Shown here: piece by piece, positions 46,801 to 56,154 of the stretch
How positions within the stretch are numbered: position 1 is the stretch's first letter
How the letters are laid out: each line of letters starts with the position of its first letter
Origin: an uncultured delta proteobacterium
GTDB taxonomy: Bacteria > Desulfobacterota > BSN033 > UBA1163
Direction: 5' to 3'
Length of the DNA: 64,000 nt
Assembly: GCA_963827685.1 (NCBI GenBank)
Contig: CAWHBU010000004.1
Coordinates: 480,001 to 544,000 of the forward strand
Program-made: the position numbers and the translations under genes
Notes under the pieces: model-generated
The model's database searches: none
What the model saw: only the letters and a program-made list of their open reading frames with translations
Told to the model about the DNA's origin: nothing

Positions 46801-47074
46801 TTAACATGAGACACGGGAAAAACGGTGCCCTCCACAAAAACTTAGCCCGCTCAAATGCGCGCATAGCGAAGAGCGCAAGGCGCATCGCGTACAGAACATT
46901 ATTCAAGAATCAAACCGCACGGCGCATGGCGCAAAGCGGGCAGAAGGGAGATTGGGAATCAAAGCACCATTTCATAAGACCAACACCATGATGGATGAAG
47001 GTGCGTATTTGATGAGAGGGTGGATGAATGCACTTAAATCACATCGATGATTTATTAAAAGAAAGGAGGATGTT

Positions 47075-47530
47075 ATGCTTGCAAGAGGGAAGAAAGGAGT
47101 TGCTGTTGGAGTTGGGTTTTTGGCTTTTTTTGTTTTCTGGAGTCTTCCTGTTGTTCATTTGGTGGCAGCAGACCCTATCGTGGGTGAATGGAACTATACC
47201 ACGTCCAATCATTGGGTAAAAGGCATTCCTCCAGCAGGTAAACCAAGCAAGGGGATCCTTGTCATTACTCAAAGTGGTGATCAGTTTAAAATGGAATTTA
47301 AGTCAGGTATGGTTTTTAATCCTCCGGAATTAAAGTATTTTACGGGCAAGAAAAAAGGTGAGGATTATATTTTTTCAAATAGTGCGACGGTGGATAATGA
47401 AGGAGGAGTTGCTAAAAATAGCTGTAACCTGAAAATGATAAGCAACAACCATTTCAAGGGGAAATCATATTCGGAGTATCGTCACAGAATGACGTTTGAT
47501 TGGGGATTTGATATTGAATTAAAGAGATAG
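47075..47530 (+). CDS. Exported hypothetical protein
   Basis: Signal-like N-terminus then ADPIVGEWNY; AAGGAGG upstream. Confidence 0.65.
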   Translation: MLARGKKGVAVGVGFLAFFVFWSLPVVHLVAADPIVGEWNYTTSNHWVKGIPPAGKPSKGILVITQSGDQFKMEFKSGMVFNPPELKYFTGKKKGEDYIFSNSATVDNEGGVAKNSCNLKMISNNHFKGKSYSEYRHRMTFDWGFDIELKR

Positions 47531-47801
47531 GATGGCCCGAGGGTGGAGAGGAGAGAGCAGAAGGTGGATAAGAACTTAAGAAGTTCAGAGTAAGAGACAA
47601 GCCGAAAGCTGATACCTGAGGACTGAGAAGCGAAGGGTAAACAATTCTATTGCAGAATTCAGAAACCGCCTGCCATGAGAGGAGGTGCAATGACAATGGA
47701 AGACCTTGTCACCTGGCTTTGTAATATTGAAGACCTTGCCTGCAATTTCCATAAACGGGATGTCATCAATATCTATTCCCTGGAAGGAAGGATAAAAAGA
47801 A

Positions 47802-48260
47802 ATGTTTGAAACTGCTATTGATATCCTGCGTGCTGCGATTGTAGGGGCGATATTTTTATATTTGAGGTCGATGCGGGGAAAAGAGAGTTTCCACTTTGGA
47901 AAGGGCTGGATTTTAATAATGATTGGCTTTGGACTCCTCTTCTTTGGTGCGGTTTTGGATATCACCGATAGTTTTCCCAGTTTAAACAAATATGTCATCA
48001 TCGGTAAAACGAAATATGAGGCGTTTCTAATGGAGGTGGTCGGGTACCTTTTTGGTTTTGTCTTTGTTGCCATAGGCTTCTGGAAGTGGATACCTGCTAT
48101 TATCGCCCTCAGAAAAGAGAAGATGGAATTGGGCAGGACCCGTGAGGAGCTGGAATTGAAAGTTGAAAAACTCACAGTTGAACTCAATGCGGTTCGCGCA
48201 CAGCTTGAACAGAGTAAAACTCGGTTACATGAAGTTTGCGCCTCCTTGCAAGAGGGCTGA
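47802..48260 (+). CDS. Three-TM membrane protein with coiled-coil tail (sensor-like N-terminal module without output domain)
   Basis: GWILIMIGFGLLFFGAVLDITDSF; heptad tail REELELKVEKLTVEL. Confidence 0.65.
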   Translation: MFETAIDILRAAIVGAIFLYLRSMRGKESFHFGKGWILIMIGFGLLFFGAVLDITDSFPSLNKYVIIGKTKYEAFLMEVVGYLFGFVFVAIGFWKWIPAIIALRKEKMELGRTREELELKVEKLTVELNAVRAQLEQSKTRLHEVCASLQEG

Positions 48261-48486
48261 ATAAAAAGATGGGGGGATGCGGGAGATAATGCAGTGGGGA
48301 AATAAGGGGATGCGATGACGGGGAGATGACAGAGTTTGAGAATTAAGAATGGAGGGATTAAGGGATTGAGGAATTCAATGGCGGAGTGAGGCATGCTGAA
48401 TTCAAAAGGTCAGAAGGTCAAGGGGTAAACTTTGAGATTGAGATATTGGGTCCTCCATAACAAGTTGGCCGTCCCGCGGCTGTCAT

Positions 48487-49773
48487 CTATTGAGGATCTC
48501 CAGTTGATTCCTCTTTGACCTCCGAAATCGTAGGGGCTGAAGGTTCGGAAAGATCCCGGACCTTTCCGTGCTCGTCACTCACCATAGGGCATAATGGATA
48601 TCCGGCATGCGTCTCAATAATTATTCCACAACTCCCATCCGAGAGGACAACCCGCCGCCCAGGAGCCAATACATTCAACAATAATAGAAACCTGGAGACA
48701 TATTCCTTGTGAAGTCTTCCGGACAAGGCATCCTTGATCAGAATCGTTGTGGCTTTGGCCACGGTCAAAGCCGGCCGATAGGGGCGAACGGTGCGAAGGG
48801 CATCGTAGACATCGGCAACGGCTACCAGAAGGCTCGCAAAATGCAGCGTGTATTGCGGTAGGTTCTTCGGAACTTTCGGATATCCAGATTGATTGGCCCC
48901 CATGTGGTGCTGGTAGGCCACTACCGGGAGGAGCGGGTTCGACGATTCCACACCCGGGATATCGAGGAGGAGCCGTGCGCCACAGAAGGGATGTTTCTCC
49001 ATGAGGAGCCACTCATTCGGTTCGAGAGGACCGTTGCGGTTCAGGATCTCTTTAGGAACCTCCTTCTTCCCGAGATCGTGGCACAGAGCGGCCATGGCGA
49101 TCGCGTTGACCATCTCGTCGGAAACCTGGAGTGCTTGTGCCAGGGCCGACGAAAGAACGCAGACATTGAGGGCGTGGGTAAAGGTGTAGTCATCAAAGTC
49201 CTTCATTTCACGGATGGGCTCAAAAAGTTCTCTGCCAACGGCGAGACGGGCCACAATTGCGCACACGACCTCGCGAGCCCGAACGAGACCTTCGGGCTTT
49301 TTGGATTCAAGATCGGAAAGGACTTCCTGAGCCTCAGCAAGAAATCCCATATATCCCGTAACAGCCCGGGTGATGACCGAATCGGGTTCCACCCGTCTTT
49401 CCAGTTTAAGGGAGCCGGCAACAATTTTCGAACTTCGGTAGGGTATCCGACTCTTGGAGATAACATTTTCAATCCAGGCTGTCAGATCGTCCTCACCCGT
49501 ATCGGCCTCGATTTGAACGCTCTCGAATCCGAGTTGCTGGAGTGATTGAAAGAGAGCGCGAAAGGACACAGGAAGGGTTTCTATCTTCCGGTCCTCGACA
49601 ATCGTATCATTTCCGAGGAAAGTGATCCTCACAGGCCGTCCCCATTGCGCAAGCTTCTGGGAAGCTTGCCGAGCCGATTGGAGAACCTGCTTGGTCCCTG
49701 AAGGGTAGATTCGTCGCACCCGAAAGAGAGCTCCAAGAGCGTGAAGAAAATAGTCAAGGGCATTCTGGGCCAT
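48487..49773 (-). CDS. HD-GYP cyclic-di-nucleotide phosphodiesterase
   Basis: YTFTHALNV, HDLGK, HH...GYP, VADVYDAL..RPYR. Confidence 0.9.
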   Translation of the reverse strand: MAQNALDYFLHALGALFRVRRIYPSGTKQVLQSARQASQKLAQWGRPVRITFLGNDTIVEDRKIETLPVSFRALFQSLQQLGFESVQIEADTGEDDLTAWIENVISKSRIPYRSSKIVAGSLKLERRVEPDSVITRAVTGYMGFLAEAQEVLSDLESKKPEGLVRAREVVCAIVARLAVGRELFEPIREMKDFDDYTFTHALNVCVLSSALAQALQVSDEMVNAIAMAALCHDLGKKEVPKEILNRNGPLEPNEWLLMEKHPFCGARLLLDIPGVESSNPLLPVVAYQHHMGANQSGYPKVPKNLPQYTLHFASLLVAVADVYDALRTVRPYRPALTVAKATTILIKDALSGRLHKEYVSRFLLLLNVLAPGRRVVLSDGSCGIIIETHAGYPLCPMVSDEHGKVRDLSEPSAPTISEVKEESTGDPQ

Positions 49774-51580
49774 TGCTTTTCTCCTTTTTTCCGAGATCCC
49801 GGAGGCTCTGCTCGGTCTGTGATCTTCTTTCCTGTTCCCTCTGCGGGTTAGAGAGCGAGGTCTGAACTCTCTTCAAAGCCTTGAGGGCTTCCCTTACGAC
49901 CTTTGGATGGTGATGGTTTGAAAGAACCTGGAGGGTCGGAAGACCCTGGGGGAGCCCTTGCTGTCCAAGAACGATGGCGAGATTACGGGCTACATACCAA
50001 GGGCTGGTGCGGGACTTCGTCACAAATGTTGGCGTTGCGGCCGAAGAGAAGCAGGAGAGGAGGCCTACGAGAAAATGGCGCGTAGAGATCTTTTTTTCTT
50101 CCGCGAGCGCCTTTAGCGCTGTGTCGAGGAGACACCTTTCGTGGTTCACGGCGAAGGTGACCAGTGCCTGCTGTTCTGCGAACGACGTTTTGGCAAGGCC
50201 CGAGAGGCCCTTTTGAAACAAATCCTTAACAAAAAAAGGGACAGAATCGAGCAGACCCGGGAATGTTCGATCCACAAGCTTGACGAATCCGAGGACACGG
50301 AATGGGCCAAGTTGCTCCGCCCGGAGCCTGATGCGGTCGAGGAGCCTTTTCCTAAAATCCTCTTCTTCCCCCAGAGCCAATGCCAGGATCAACTGGTCCA
50401 GGTATTCATCAGGTTCCTCGTGCAAAATCAGCGAGTCCTCCCCGGGGCCCGTCGAGGCAGAAGGATTCATCAGGAATTCGAGCGAGTCGGAGTACTCCGT
50501 ATCCATAAAAGGGTTTTCCGTCAAATTGATAATAAAGTCCTCTATCGTCTTCCACACCTCCGCTGCAAAGCCCCCGTCTTTCCCGGGAGAAAGCCTGGAC
50601 CTGACCAATGAAAGAAGTTCATCGGTTTTGGTGAGCGGGGCAAAACGGCGGTATACCTCTACAAACCTTCGAGTCCCTTGGTTACCCATCGCAGCGAGGC
50701 CTGCGAGTAGATCGACAAATCGTTCTCCATCAATCTCCCTCAGAAGAGAGCTCTTTCCAGGCCCCAATCGCTTGGACTCTCCTTCATGTCCCACAATACG
50801 CACGAGATCCCTGGCAGAGACGCACTTTCCCATTTGAGCCAGGTAGTCAAGGATGTCTTCGCGCTGTCTATTCGGGAGAAGGGACAAGGCATCCTCCAGA
50901 CGCTCTCCCAACATCAGCAGCAAACTCGAGAACCCTTCTGAATCGCCATGCCCCGATTCCGTCCATTCGTTCTTGGCGGCTTCCCAGAATTCGTCGGAGG
51001 CGAGGGCTGAGGCAAGCTGTTCAGGGGGTGCTTCGTGACTCATCAAAGCGAGCCAGGCATAACGACGCCTTTGTTCCGGGTTGTCCTCGGAATCTTTAAC
51101 CGTATTCGTGATCCCGCTATGGATCTCATCGAGCTTGAGGGGTTCAACGTCAATGGCGAAGACTTCGGAGCGGAGCTTTCGTCGCAGTTCATCCCCTTCC
51201 AACCTGGGAACGGACATCACTTTGGCGAAAGTCCAGACATCCTCGAGGGTCGCATCTTTCGTCCAGGATATTTTGAGCACTTTTCGCGCGTGAAGCATCG
51301 AAGCGAGACCACTCGCCTTTCCGGCGACAAATTCTCCCGACACGACCAGTTCCTTGGAGGTGATGCCAATCATGAGAGAGCCTTGGGAATCGAGGGGGGC
51401 AGAGTTAAGAGCGTTCTTAGCGACTTCCAGAAGGGTCGGATGCTTGGCCGGGTAAACGCGTACGCCGCGGATGAGGTGCAACAGGTTCAAAGCGAATGCC
51501 TCAACCTTTTTGGAGAGCAAAGAGACTTCTCTATTTTTCGGTCCAGCCATGGCGTCCATAGAAGAGACCGTAGTCCGCAT
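49754..51580 (-). CDS. HEAT-repeat protein, partner of the HD-GYP protein
   Basis: N-terminal YPAKHP motif (mirrored by YPSG in the HD-GYP protein); C-terminal PWYVARNLAIVLG...HPKVVREALKAL. Confidence 0.8.
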   Translation of the reverse strand: MRTTVSSMDAMAGPKNREVSLLSKKVEAFALNLLHLIRGVRVYPAKHPTLLEVAKNALNSAPLDSQGSLMIGITSKELVVSGEFVAGKASGLASMLHARKVLKISWTKDATLEDVWTFAKVMSVPRLEGDELRRKLRSEVFAIDVEPLKLDEIHSGITNTVKDSEDNPEQRRRYAWLALMSHEAPPEQLASALASDEFWEAAKNEWTESGHGDSEGFSSLLLMLGERLEDALSLLPNRQREDILDYLAQMGKCVSARDLVRIVGHEGESKRLGPGKSSLLREIDGERFVDLLAGLAAMGNQGTRRFVEVYRRFAPLTKTDELLSLVRSRLSPGKDGGFAAEVWKTIEDFIINLTENPFMDTEYSDSLEFLMNPSASTGPGEDSLILHEEPDEYLDQLILALALGEEEDFRKRLLDRIRLRAEQLGPFRVLGFVKLVDRTFPGLLDSVPFFVKDLFQKGLSGLAKTSFAEQQALVTFAVNHERCLLDTALKALAEEKKISTRHFLVGLLSCFSSAATPTFVTKSRTSPWYVARNLAIVLGQQGLPQGLPTLQVLSNHHHPKVVREALKALKRVQTSLSNPQREQERRSQTEQSLRDLGKKEKSNGPECP

Positions 51581-51640
51581 GAATCATCGTACCGTCTATG
51601 CAGATGTGCGGAATGCGAACTTGTCTGCAATGTCTGACTA

Positions 51641-51656
51641 AGCAAGTTCAATGCCA
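51641..51656 (-). promoter_or_regulatory. sigma54 promoter for the HEAT/HD-GYP operon
   Basis: TGGCAT-TGAAC-TTGCT on the minus strand. Confidence 0.65.
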
Positions 51657-52056
51657 GAGTGGGAGAAACCGCTCAAGTCTTTGTATCAATAGGGTATATT
51701 CAATCTGTACCCTTATCTCTAGAACCGGGGGGTGACCTTTTTTGTCGCCAAGAACGCCTCAGAGGTGGGTTTGGCGATGCCCAAAAAGACTGCAGAGGGC
51801 AGGGCGAACAGCATAAATGCATAAACCGCTTTCCTTTCTTCACCCTCCGTACAACCTTATTCGCTGCTTCTTCTCTCTTCGTGATCTCTAATTTTCCCAT
51901 TGTTTCAAATGATGGGCCTGGGACGAAATCAACAACGTGAGTTACATTCTGTGCTCCGAAGCCGGTCTTTTTTGACAAGGAACTCCGTTTCTCTTATATT
52001 CCACCTAAGCCAAAGCGAGTTCCTACCATTTTTTGATTGGGTTTGAGGAGGTTATA

Positions 52057-52416
52057 ATGAGAGTTGTCAAAATCAGTGAAATAAAAAAGGAATCACTCAG
52101 CGGCCCCCTTTTTACCGCCCCGGATGTGACGAGACAGGTCCTTTTGCCGGACAGTAAAGAGTTCAGCACCAATGTTGTAAACTTCGGGAAAGGGGTTCGC
52201 AACAAATTTCACGCCCACGACAGCGAACAAATCCTGGTGGTCACTTTCGGAAAAGGGATGATTGCCACAGAAACCGAGGAGAAAGTGATTGCCCCGGGAG
52301 ATGTTGTGATTATTCCCGCCGGCAAGAAACACTGGCACGGTTCGACCAAAGACTCGGAGTTCTCGCACATTTATGTGTCTCGTTTGGGAAGTAAGTTAAC
52401 TCAATTGGAAGAATGA
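52057..52416 (+). CDS. Cupin domain protein
   Basis: HAHDSEQILVV..GKG, PGDVVIIPAGKKHWHG. Confidence 0.9.
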   Translation: MRVVKISEIKKESLSGPLFTAPDVTRQVLLPDSKEFSTNVVNFGKGVRNKFHAHDSEQILVVTFGKGMIATETEEKVIAPGDVVIIPAGKKHWHGSTKDSEFSHIYVSRLGSKLTQLEE

Positions 52417-52473
52417 AATCCGGAGCCGGTCATAAAAAGTTGGTCCTCTTCAAACAGGAGAAAGGGGGCATGC

Positions 52474-53310
52474 GTGATTGATTTGAACCTGATTGGTAAG
52501 AAGTACGGCCCGATCCCCTTCGCGTACACATGGAAGGACGTGGTCCTGTATGCCATAGGTATCGGTGCGCAGGCAGAAGAACTCCCCTTTGTCTACGAGA
52601 ACGCCAAAGGCGGGTTAAGGGTCTTCCCCAGCTTCAGCGTCGTGATGGGCATCCGTCTATTTATTGAAATCTTTAAGGATATGCGGGTGGACCTTTCCAG
52701 ATTCATTCATGGGGAACAGGCTATAAAGCTTTTTCGCCCGATTCCACCCGAAGGGAAGACCCTCATTGAAGGTCAGATTGCAAATATCTATGACAAGGGC
52801 AAAGGGGCGGTGATTGTCTGGCGGATGAAGTTCATGACAGAGGGGGGTGAGCCACTGGGCGAAACCGAGAGCGGCATTTTCTATGTGGGCGAAGGGGGCT
52901 TTGGCGGGGACCCCGGGCCCAAGGCGGAAGTGCTTGACCCTCCTCAAGGGGCCAAGCCGGATTTCACAGCCTCCTATTTTATTCCCGAAAACCAAGCGGC
53001 CCTCTATCGCCTCAACGGCGACGTTAACCCCCTGCACGTGGACCCTGATTTTGCTAAGAGGGGTGGTTTTTCCCGCCCGATCCTCCACGGTCTTTGTACC
53101 TACGGCTACGCGGTGAGAGCCATTTTATACAAGGCCTGCGATGGAGATGTGAAGCGATTCAAGGAGTTCAAGGCCCGTTTTTCTGGAGTGGTCTATCCCG
53201 GCGACACTCTCGTGACAGAGGGATGGATGGATAAGGGCGGGCGTTACCTGATGCAGTCCCGCACTGACCGCGGGGTGGTCCTCAGCCAAGCCTATGCCAG
53301 GGTTGACTAA
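52474..53310 (+). CDS. MaoC-type (R)-enoyl-CoA hydratase, double hot-dog fold
   Basis: YRLNGDVNPLHVDPDFA..GGFSRPILHGLCTYG. Confidence 0.92.
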   Translation: MIDLNLIGKKYGPIPFAYTWKDVVLYAIGIGAQAEELPFVYENAKGGLRVFPSFSVVMGIRLFIEIFKDMRVDLSRFIHGEQAIKLFRPIPPEGKTLIEGQIANIYDKGKGAVIVWRMKFMTEGGEPLGETESGIFYVGEGGFGGDPGPKAEVLDPPQGAKPDFTASYFIPENQAALYRLNGDVNPLHVDPDFAKRGGFSRPILHGLCTYGYAVRAILYKACDGDVKRFKEFKARFSGVVYPGDTLVTEGWMDKGGRYLMQSRTDRGVVLSQAYARVD

Positions 53311-53377
53311 TAAAAGATAAGGGAAACACCACGAAACGGCAGGCAGGGATGGCAGAGTTTATATTAGCGTTGCAAGA

Positions 53378-53547
53378 AAAGGCAGTCAAGTGTGCTTCCA
53401 GACCTTTAGAATGCGGTTTTTTTGGCATGTTTTATGGGTAACATGCGATGTCACCCGGGGTGACGTTTGCCATTTGCTGGACGGGCGGAGCAGCGAGACG
53501 TTTAAACGTGCCGCTCTAAAGCTCCTCCAGCACCCCCGACTGCCTTT
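53378..53547. ncRNA. Candidate structured RNA (long interrupted stem with inner hairpins)
   Basis: Nested pairings AAAGGCAGTC/GACTGCCTTT, GTGCT/AGCAC, CTTTAGA/TCTAAAG, GCGG/CCGC. No family recognised. Confidence 0.4.
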
Positions 53548-53606
53548 CAGAAGGTTTCTTATGCAACTGGCGGGTTTATATTCTGTTTAAGGTGAGGGTT
53601 CATTCG

Positions 53607-53750
53607 ATGGCTTCATCGTGCGAGGAATATCGTTACCAGCAGCAGCTGCTTGCCTTAAAGAAACGTTTGGCTGAGGATAAGCTGATCCCGGAAGAACGGG
53701 AAGAGATCGAGAGGCTGGTTCAGGAGCTGGAAAGAAAATTGAAAATGTGA
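53607..53750 (+). CDS. Small helical protein (47 aa)
   Basis: MASSCEEYRYQQQLLALKKRLAEDKLIPEEREEIERLVQELERKLKM*; AAGGTGAGG upstream. Confidence 0.6.
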   Translation: MASSCEEYRYQQQLLALKKRLAEDKLIPEEREEIERLVQELERKLKM

Positions 53751-53785
53751 ACGTGTAACAGTGACAGAGAAGAACAGGATTCTCG

Positions 53786-54997
53786 ATGACGATGAAAGGT
53801 GTTAGAAAGGGTTTTCCCGTCGCATTCCTTTTTCTGACTGTGGCGATGGCTGTCAGTTGCTATCCTGTACTGAAAAAAGAGGCACAGCAGCCGGAGGAAG
53901 CTCTCAGGCAGGTCCGCTTCCTTTCTCCCGAGTTCCGCGATGACATGGATCGTGACTCCTTGATGCTGGCCGTCAGAAGAAACATGGAATACCTGGGTCG
54001 CCTCGGTCCTGAGACAGTATTTCACTACGGGCCAGACGATTTTACCGTCCAACAGGTGCGTGAGAGCCAAGAGACTTTCCTGGATCTCGTGGCAAAAGGA
54101 CTTGATCCAGATCATCTGAGCAGAGAGATCAGGGAGAAGTTTCGGGTTTACCGGGCTACGGGTCGGGTTGGAGACAGAAGGGTACTCTTCACAGGGTATT
54201 ATGAGCCCATTTATGAAGGAAGCCTGGCTTCTGATGAGGTCTTCAAGTATCCGCTGTATCGTTCGCCTGACGATCTGATAAGAATTGACCTGTCTCTCTT
54301 CAGTGAGAAGTTCAAGGGAGAGAACATCGTCGCGAGAATCGAAGGCAAGAAGGTCCTGCCTTACTACTCCAGGTACCAGATTGAGGCAGAAAGGGTGCTG
54401 GAGGGAAAGGGTCTTGAGATCGCGTGGCTAAAAGACCCGTTGGATGTGACTTTTCTCCACATCCAGGGATCGGGCAGGCTGAGGCTCCCCGACGGAAAGG
54501 AACTCTTGGTTCACTACCAGGCCTCCAATGGCCGACCCTACCGGAGCATCGGGCGGTATATGATCGAGAAGGGGTTTCTTGCGCGTGAAGAGATGTCCAT
54601 GCAAGCGATGAGGAGATACTTGACCGAGAACCCGGAGATCCTCGATGAGGTTCTGAATTATAATCCCTCGTACGTGTTCTTTCGGCAGGTGGAGGACGGC
54701 CCTTTAGGCAGTCTCGGTGTCCTCCTGACCCCGGGAAGGTCGGTTGCCTTAGATTCCAGGATTTTCCCAAAGGGAGCCCTCGGGTTCATCGTGTGCCACA
54801 AACCCCTTATGAATGACCGGGGAGAGATCATTGGGTGGAATAAATTCTATCGTTTTGTCATAAATCAAGACACGGGTGGGGCGATCAAAGGGGCTGGAAG
54901 AGCAGATATCTTCTGGGGAAGCGGCTCCTACGCCGAGTTGACGGCAGGGCACTTGCGGCATGAGGGGGACCTGTACATTTTGATCAAGGAGCCTTAA
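53786..54997 (+). CDS. mltA: Membrane-bound lytic murein transglycosylase A
   Basis: Lipobox AVSC, FTGYYEP, LHIQGSG, NPSYVFF, QDTGGAIKG..RADIFWG. Confidence 0.93.
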   Translation: MTMKGVRKGFPVAFLFLTVAMAVSCYPVLKKEAQQPEEALRQVRFLSPEFRDDMDRDSLMLAVRRNMEYLGRLGPETVFHYGPDDFTVQQVRESQETFLDLVAKGLDPDHLSREIREKFRVYRATGRVGDRRVLFTGYYEPIYEGSLASDEVFKYPLYRSPDDLIRIDLSLFSEKFKGENIVARIEGKKVLPYYSRYQIEAERVLEGKGLEIAWLKDPLDVTFLHIQGSGRLRLPDGKELLVHYQASNGRPYRSIGRYMIEKGFLAREEMSMQAMRRYLTENPEILDEVLNYNPSYVFFRQVEDGPLGSLGVLLTPGRSVALDSRIFPKGALGFIVCHKPLMNDRGEIIGWNKFYRFVINQDTGGAIKGAGRADIFWGSGSYAELTAGHLRHEGDLYILIKEP

Positions 54998-55182
54998 GCG
55001 AGAAAGGATTCAGGGTCAAAGCTAAAGAATAAACTTTGAACGTTTGGAAAGGCCAGTTAGCTACAGGAAGAGCTGAGGTGTCATCCATAAAAAAGTTGGT
55101 CAGTGGTTCAGGGGCCAGGCATTGGTAATCAGGTATTAGTCTAAGAATCGGTCAACGGTGATCTGATTTTCGGGGTAGGTTG

Positions 55183-55959
55183 ATGAAAGACATTTATGAA
55201 GAGATGATGGTTGCCTCTCGAGTGATTGCCGCCTCTTTTCCTCAACCCAGCTTTTATGTTTGCTGCAGAGAGCCGCTTGACCTGTCTCGCTCCCTTTTTG
55301 ATGAGGACGCACAGGTTATGAAATGCCGCACCCTCGTCCTCAACGAGCTAAAGGAGGACCTCGGCCATGGAATCGATCACTGTGAAAAGGTGGCCTTGGA
55401 AGCCGGGGCCTTGGCTTATATCGAAGGGGGGAGGCTTTGCCTGGAGGAATCTTTGAGGCGCGAAGCTTGCCTCCTGGCCCAGATCGCCGGCCTCCTGCAT
55501 GACCTGCGGCGTAATGAAAAAGAGCACGCCAAGGCGAGCGCCTCTGCGGCCTCGAGAATGTTACAGGAGTTCTCCGTCTTCCCTAAAAAAGGAGAATACA
55601 TCGTGCAGGCCATTGCTAACCACGAGGCCTTCGTTGAGCCAAAGAGAGTTCGTTCACCTGTGGGCCAGATGATCAGCGATGCGCTCTACGATGCTGATAA
55701 ATTCCGCTGGGGCCCGGACAATTTTACCCAGACCCTGTGGCGAATGCTCCGCTCCTCAAGGGCGCGCATCGCGCCCCTGATTCGCAGGTTTCCGAAGGGA
55801 ATGGAAGGAATCTCTGGGATCAAAGAGACCTTCCGCACGGAGACGGGGAAGATCTATGGACCGGAGTTCATCGAGTTGGGGCTTAAGATCGGGGGGGAAA
55901 TCTACCTGTTTCTCGAAGAAAGATTCTCTGACGAACTGCAGCAAGAGAAGACAGAATGA
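55183..55959 (+). CDS. HD-domain phosphohydrolase
   Basis: GHGIDH, GLLHDL, AIANHEAF, LYDADKFRWG. Confidence 0.85.
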   Translation: MKDIYEEMMVASRVIAASFPQPSFYVCCREPLDLSRSLFDEDAQVMKCRTLVLNELKEDLGHGIDHCEKVALEAGALAYIEGGRLCLEESLRREACLLAQIAGLLHDLRRNEKEHAKASASAASRMLQEFSVFPKKGEYIVQAIANHEAFVEPKRVRSPVGQMISDALYDADKFRWGPDNFTQTLWRMLRSSRARIAPLIRRFPKGMEGISGIKETFRTETGKIYGPEFIELGLKIGGEIYLFLEERFSDELQQEKTE

Positions 55960-56154
55960 GAATTCTTTGGTGGCCTCCAACGCATGGAGCCGCCGGGGCA
56001 AAGGCTACGGTCAGATTTGGGAAATTGAGGTTTGTTGCCAGCTATAAAAAAGTTGGCCGTTTCTAAATGCCAATTTCGGATTGCGCCTGCCCTGTACCCT
56101 GTTAGGTTCGGGGCCTGCGGCAGGAAGACATATTCTAAACTCCTCGCTTTCCAA

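Larger units (their letters stand above)
22945..56059 (+). repeat. Dispersed co-oriented ~26-nt hairpin family GGKGTCATCCATAAAAAAGTTGGCCC and related GGGGTCA half-ends
   Basis: Copies, some degenerate, at about 23326, 24074, 24453, 25371, 27487, 30295, 39159, 39612, 40507, 41060, 41985, 43577, 46824, 48447, 52422, 55077 and 56034; all on the + strand. Confidence 0.85.

Noticed and set aside
22945-56059. Classical integron or CALIN
   Set aside because: No tyrosine recombinase in the window. The repeats are about 26 nt and lack the RYYYAAC...GTTRRRY attC core boxes.
23326-56059. CRISPR array made of the 26-nt repeat
   Set aside because: Spacing is hundreds to thousands of bases and contains whole genes, the copies are degenerate, and there are no cas genes. 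The PD-(D/E)XK gene at 10296 has no cas context.
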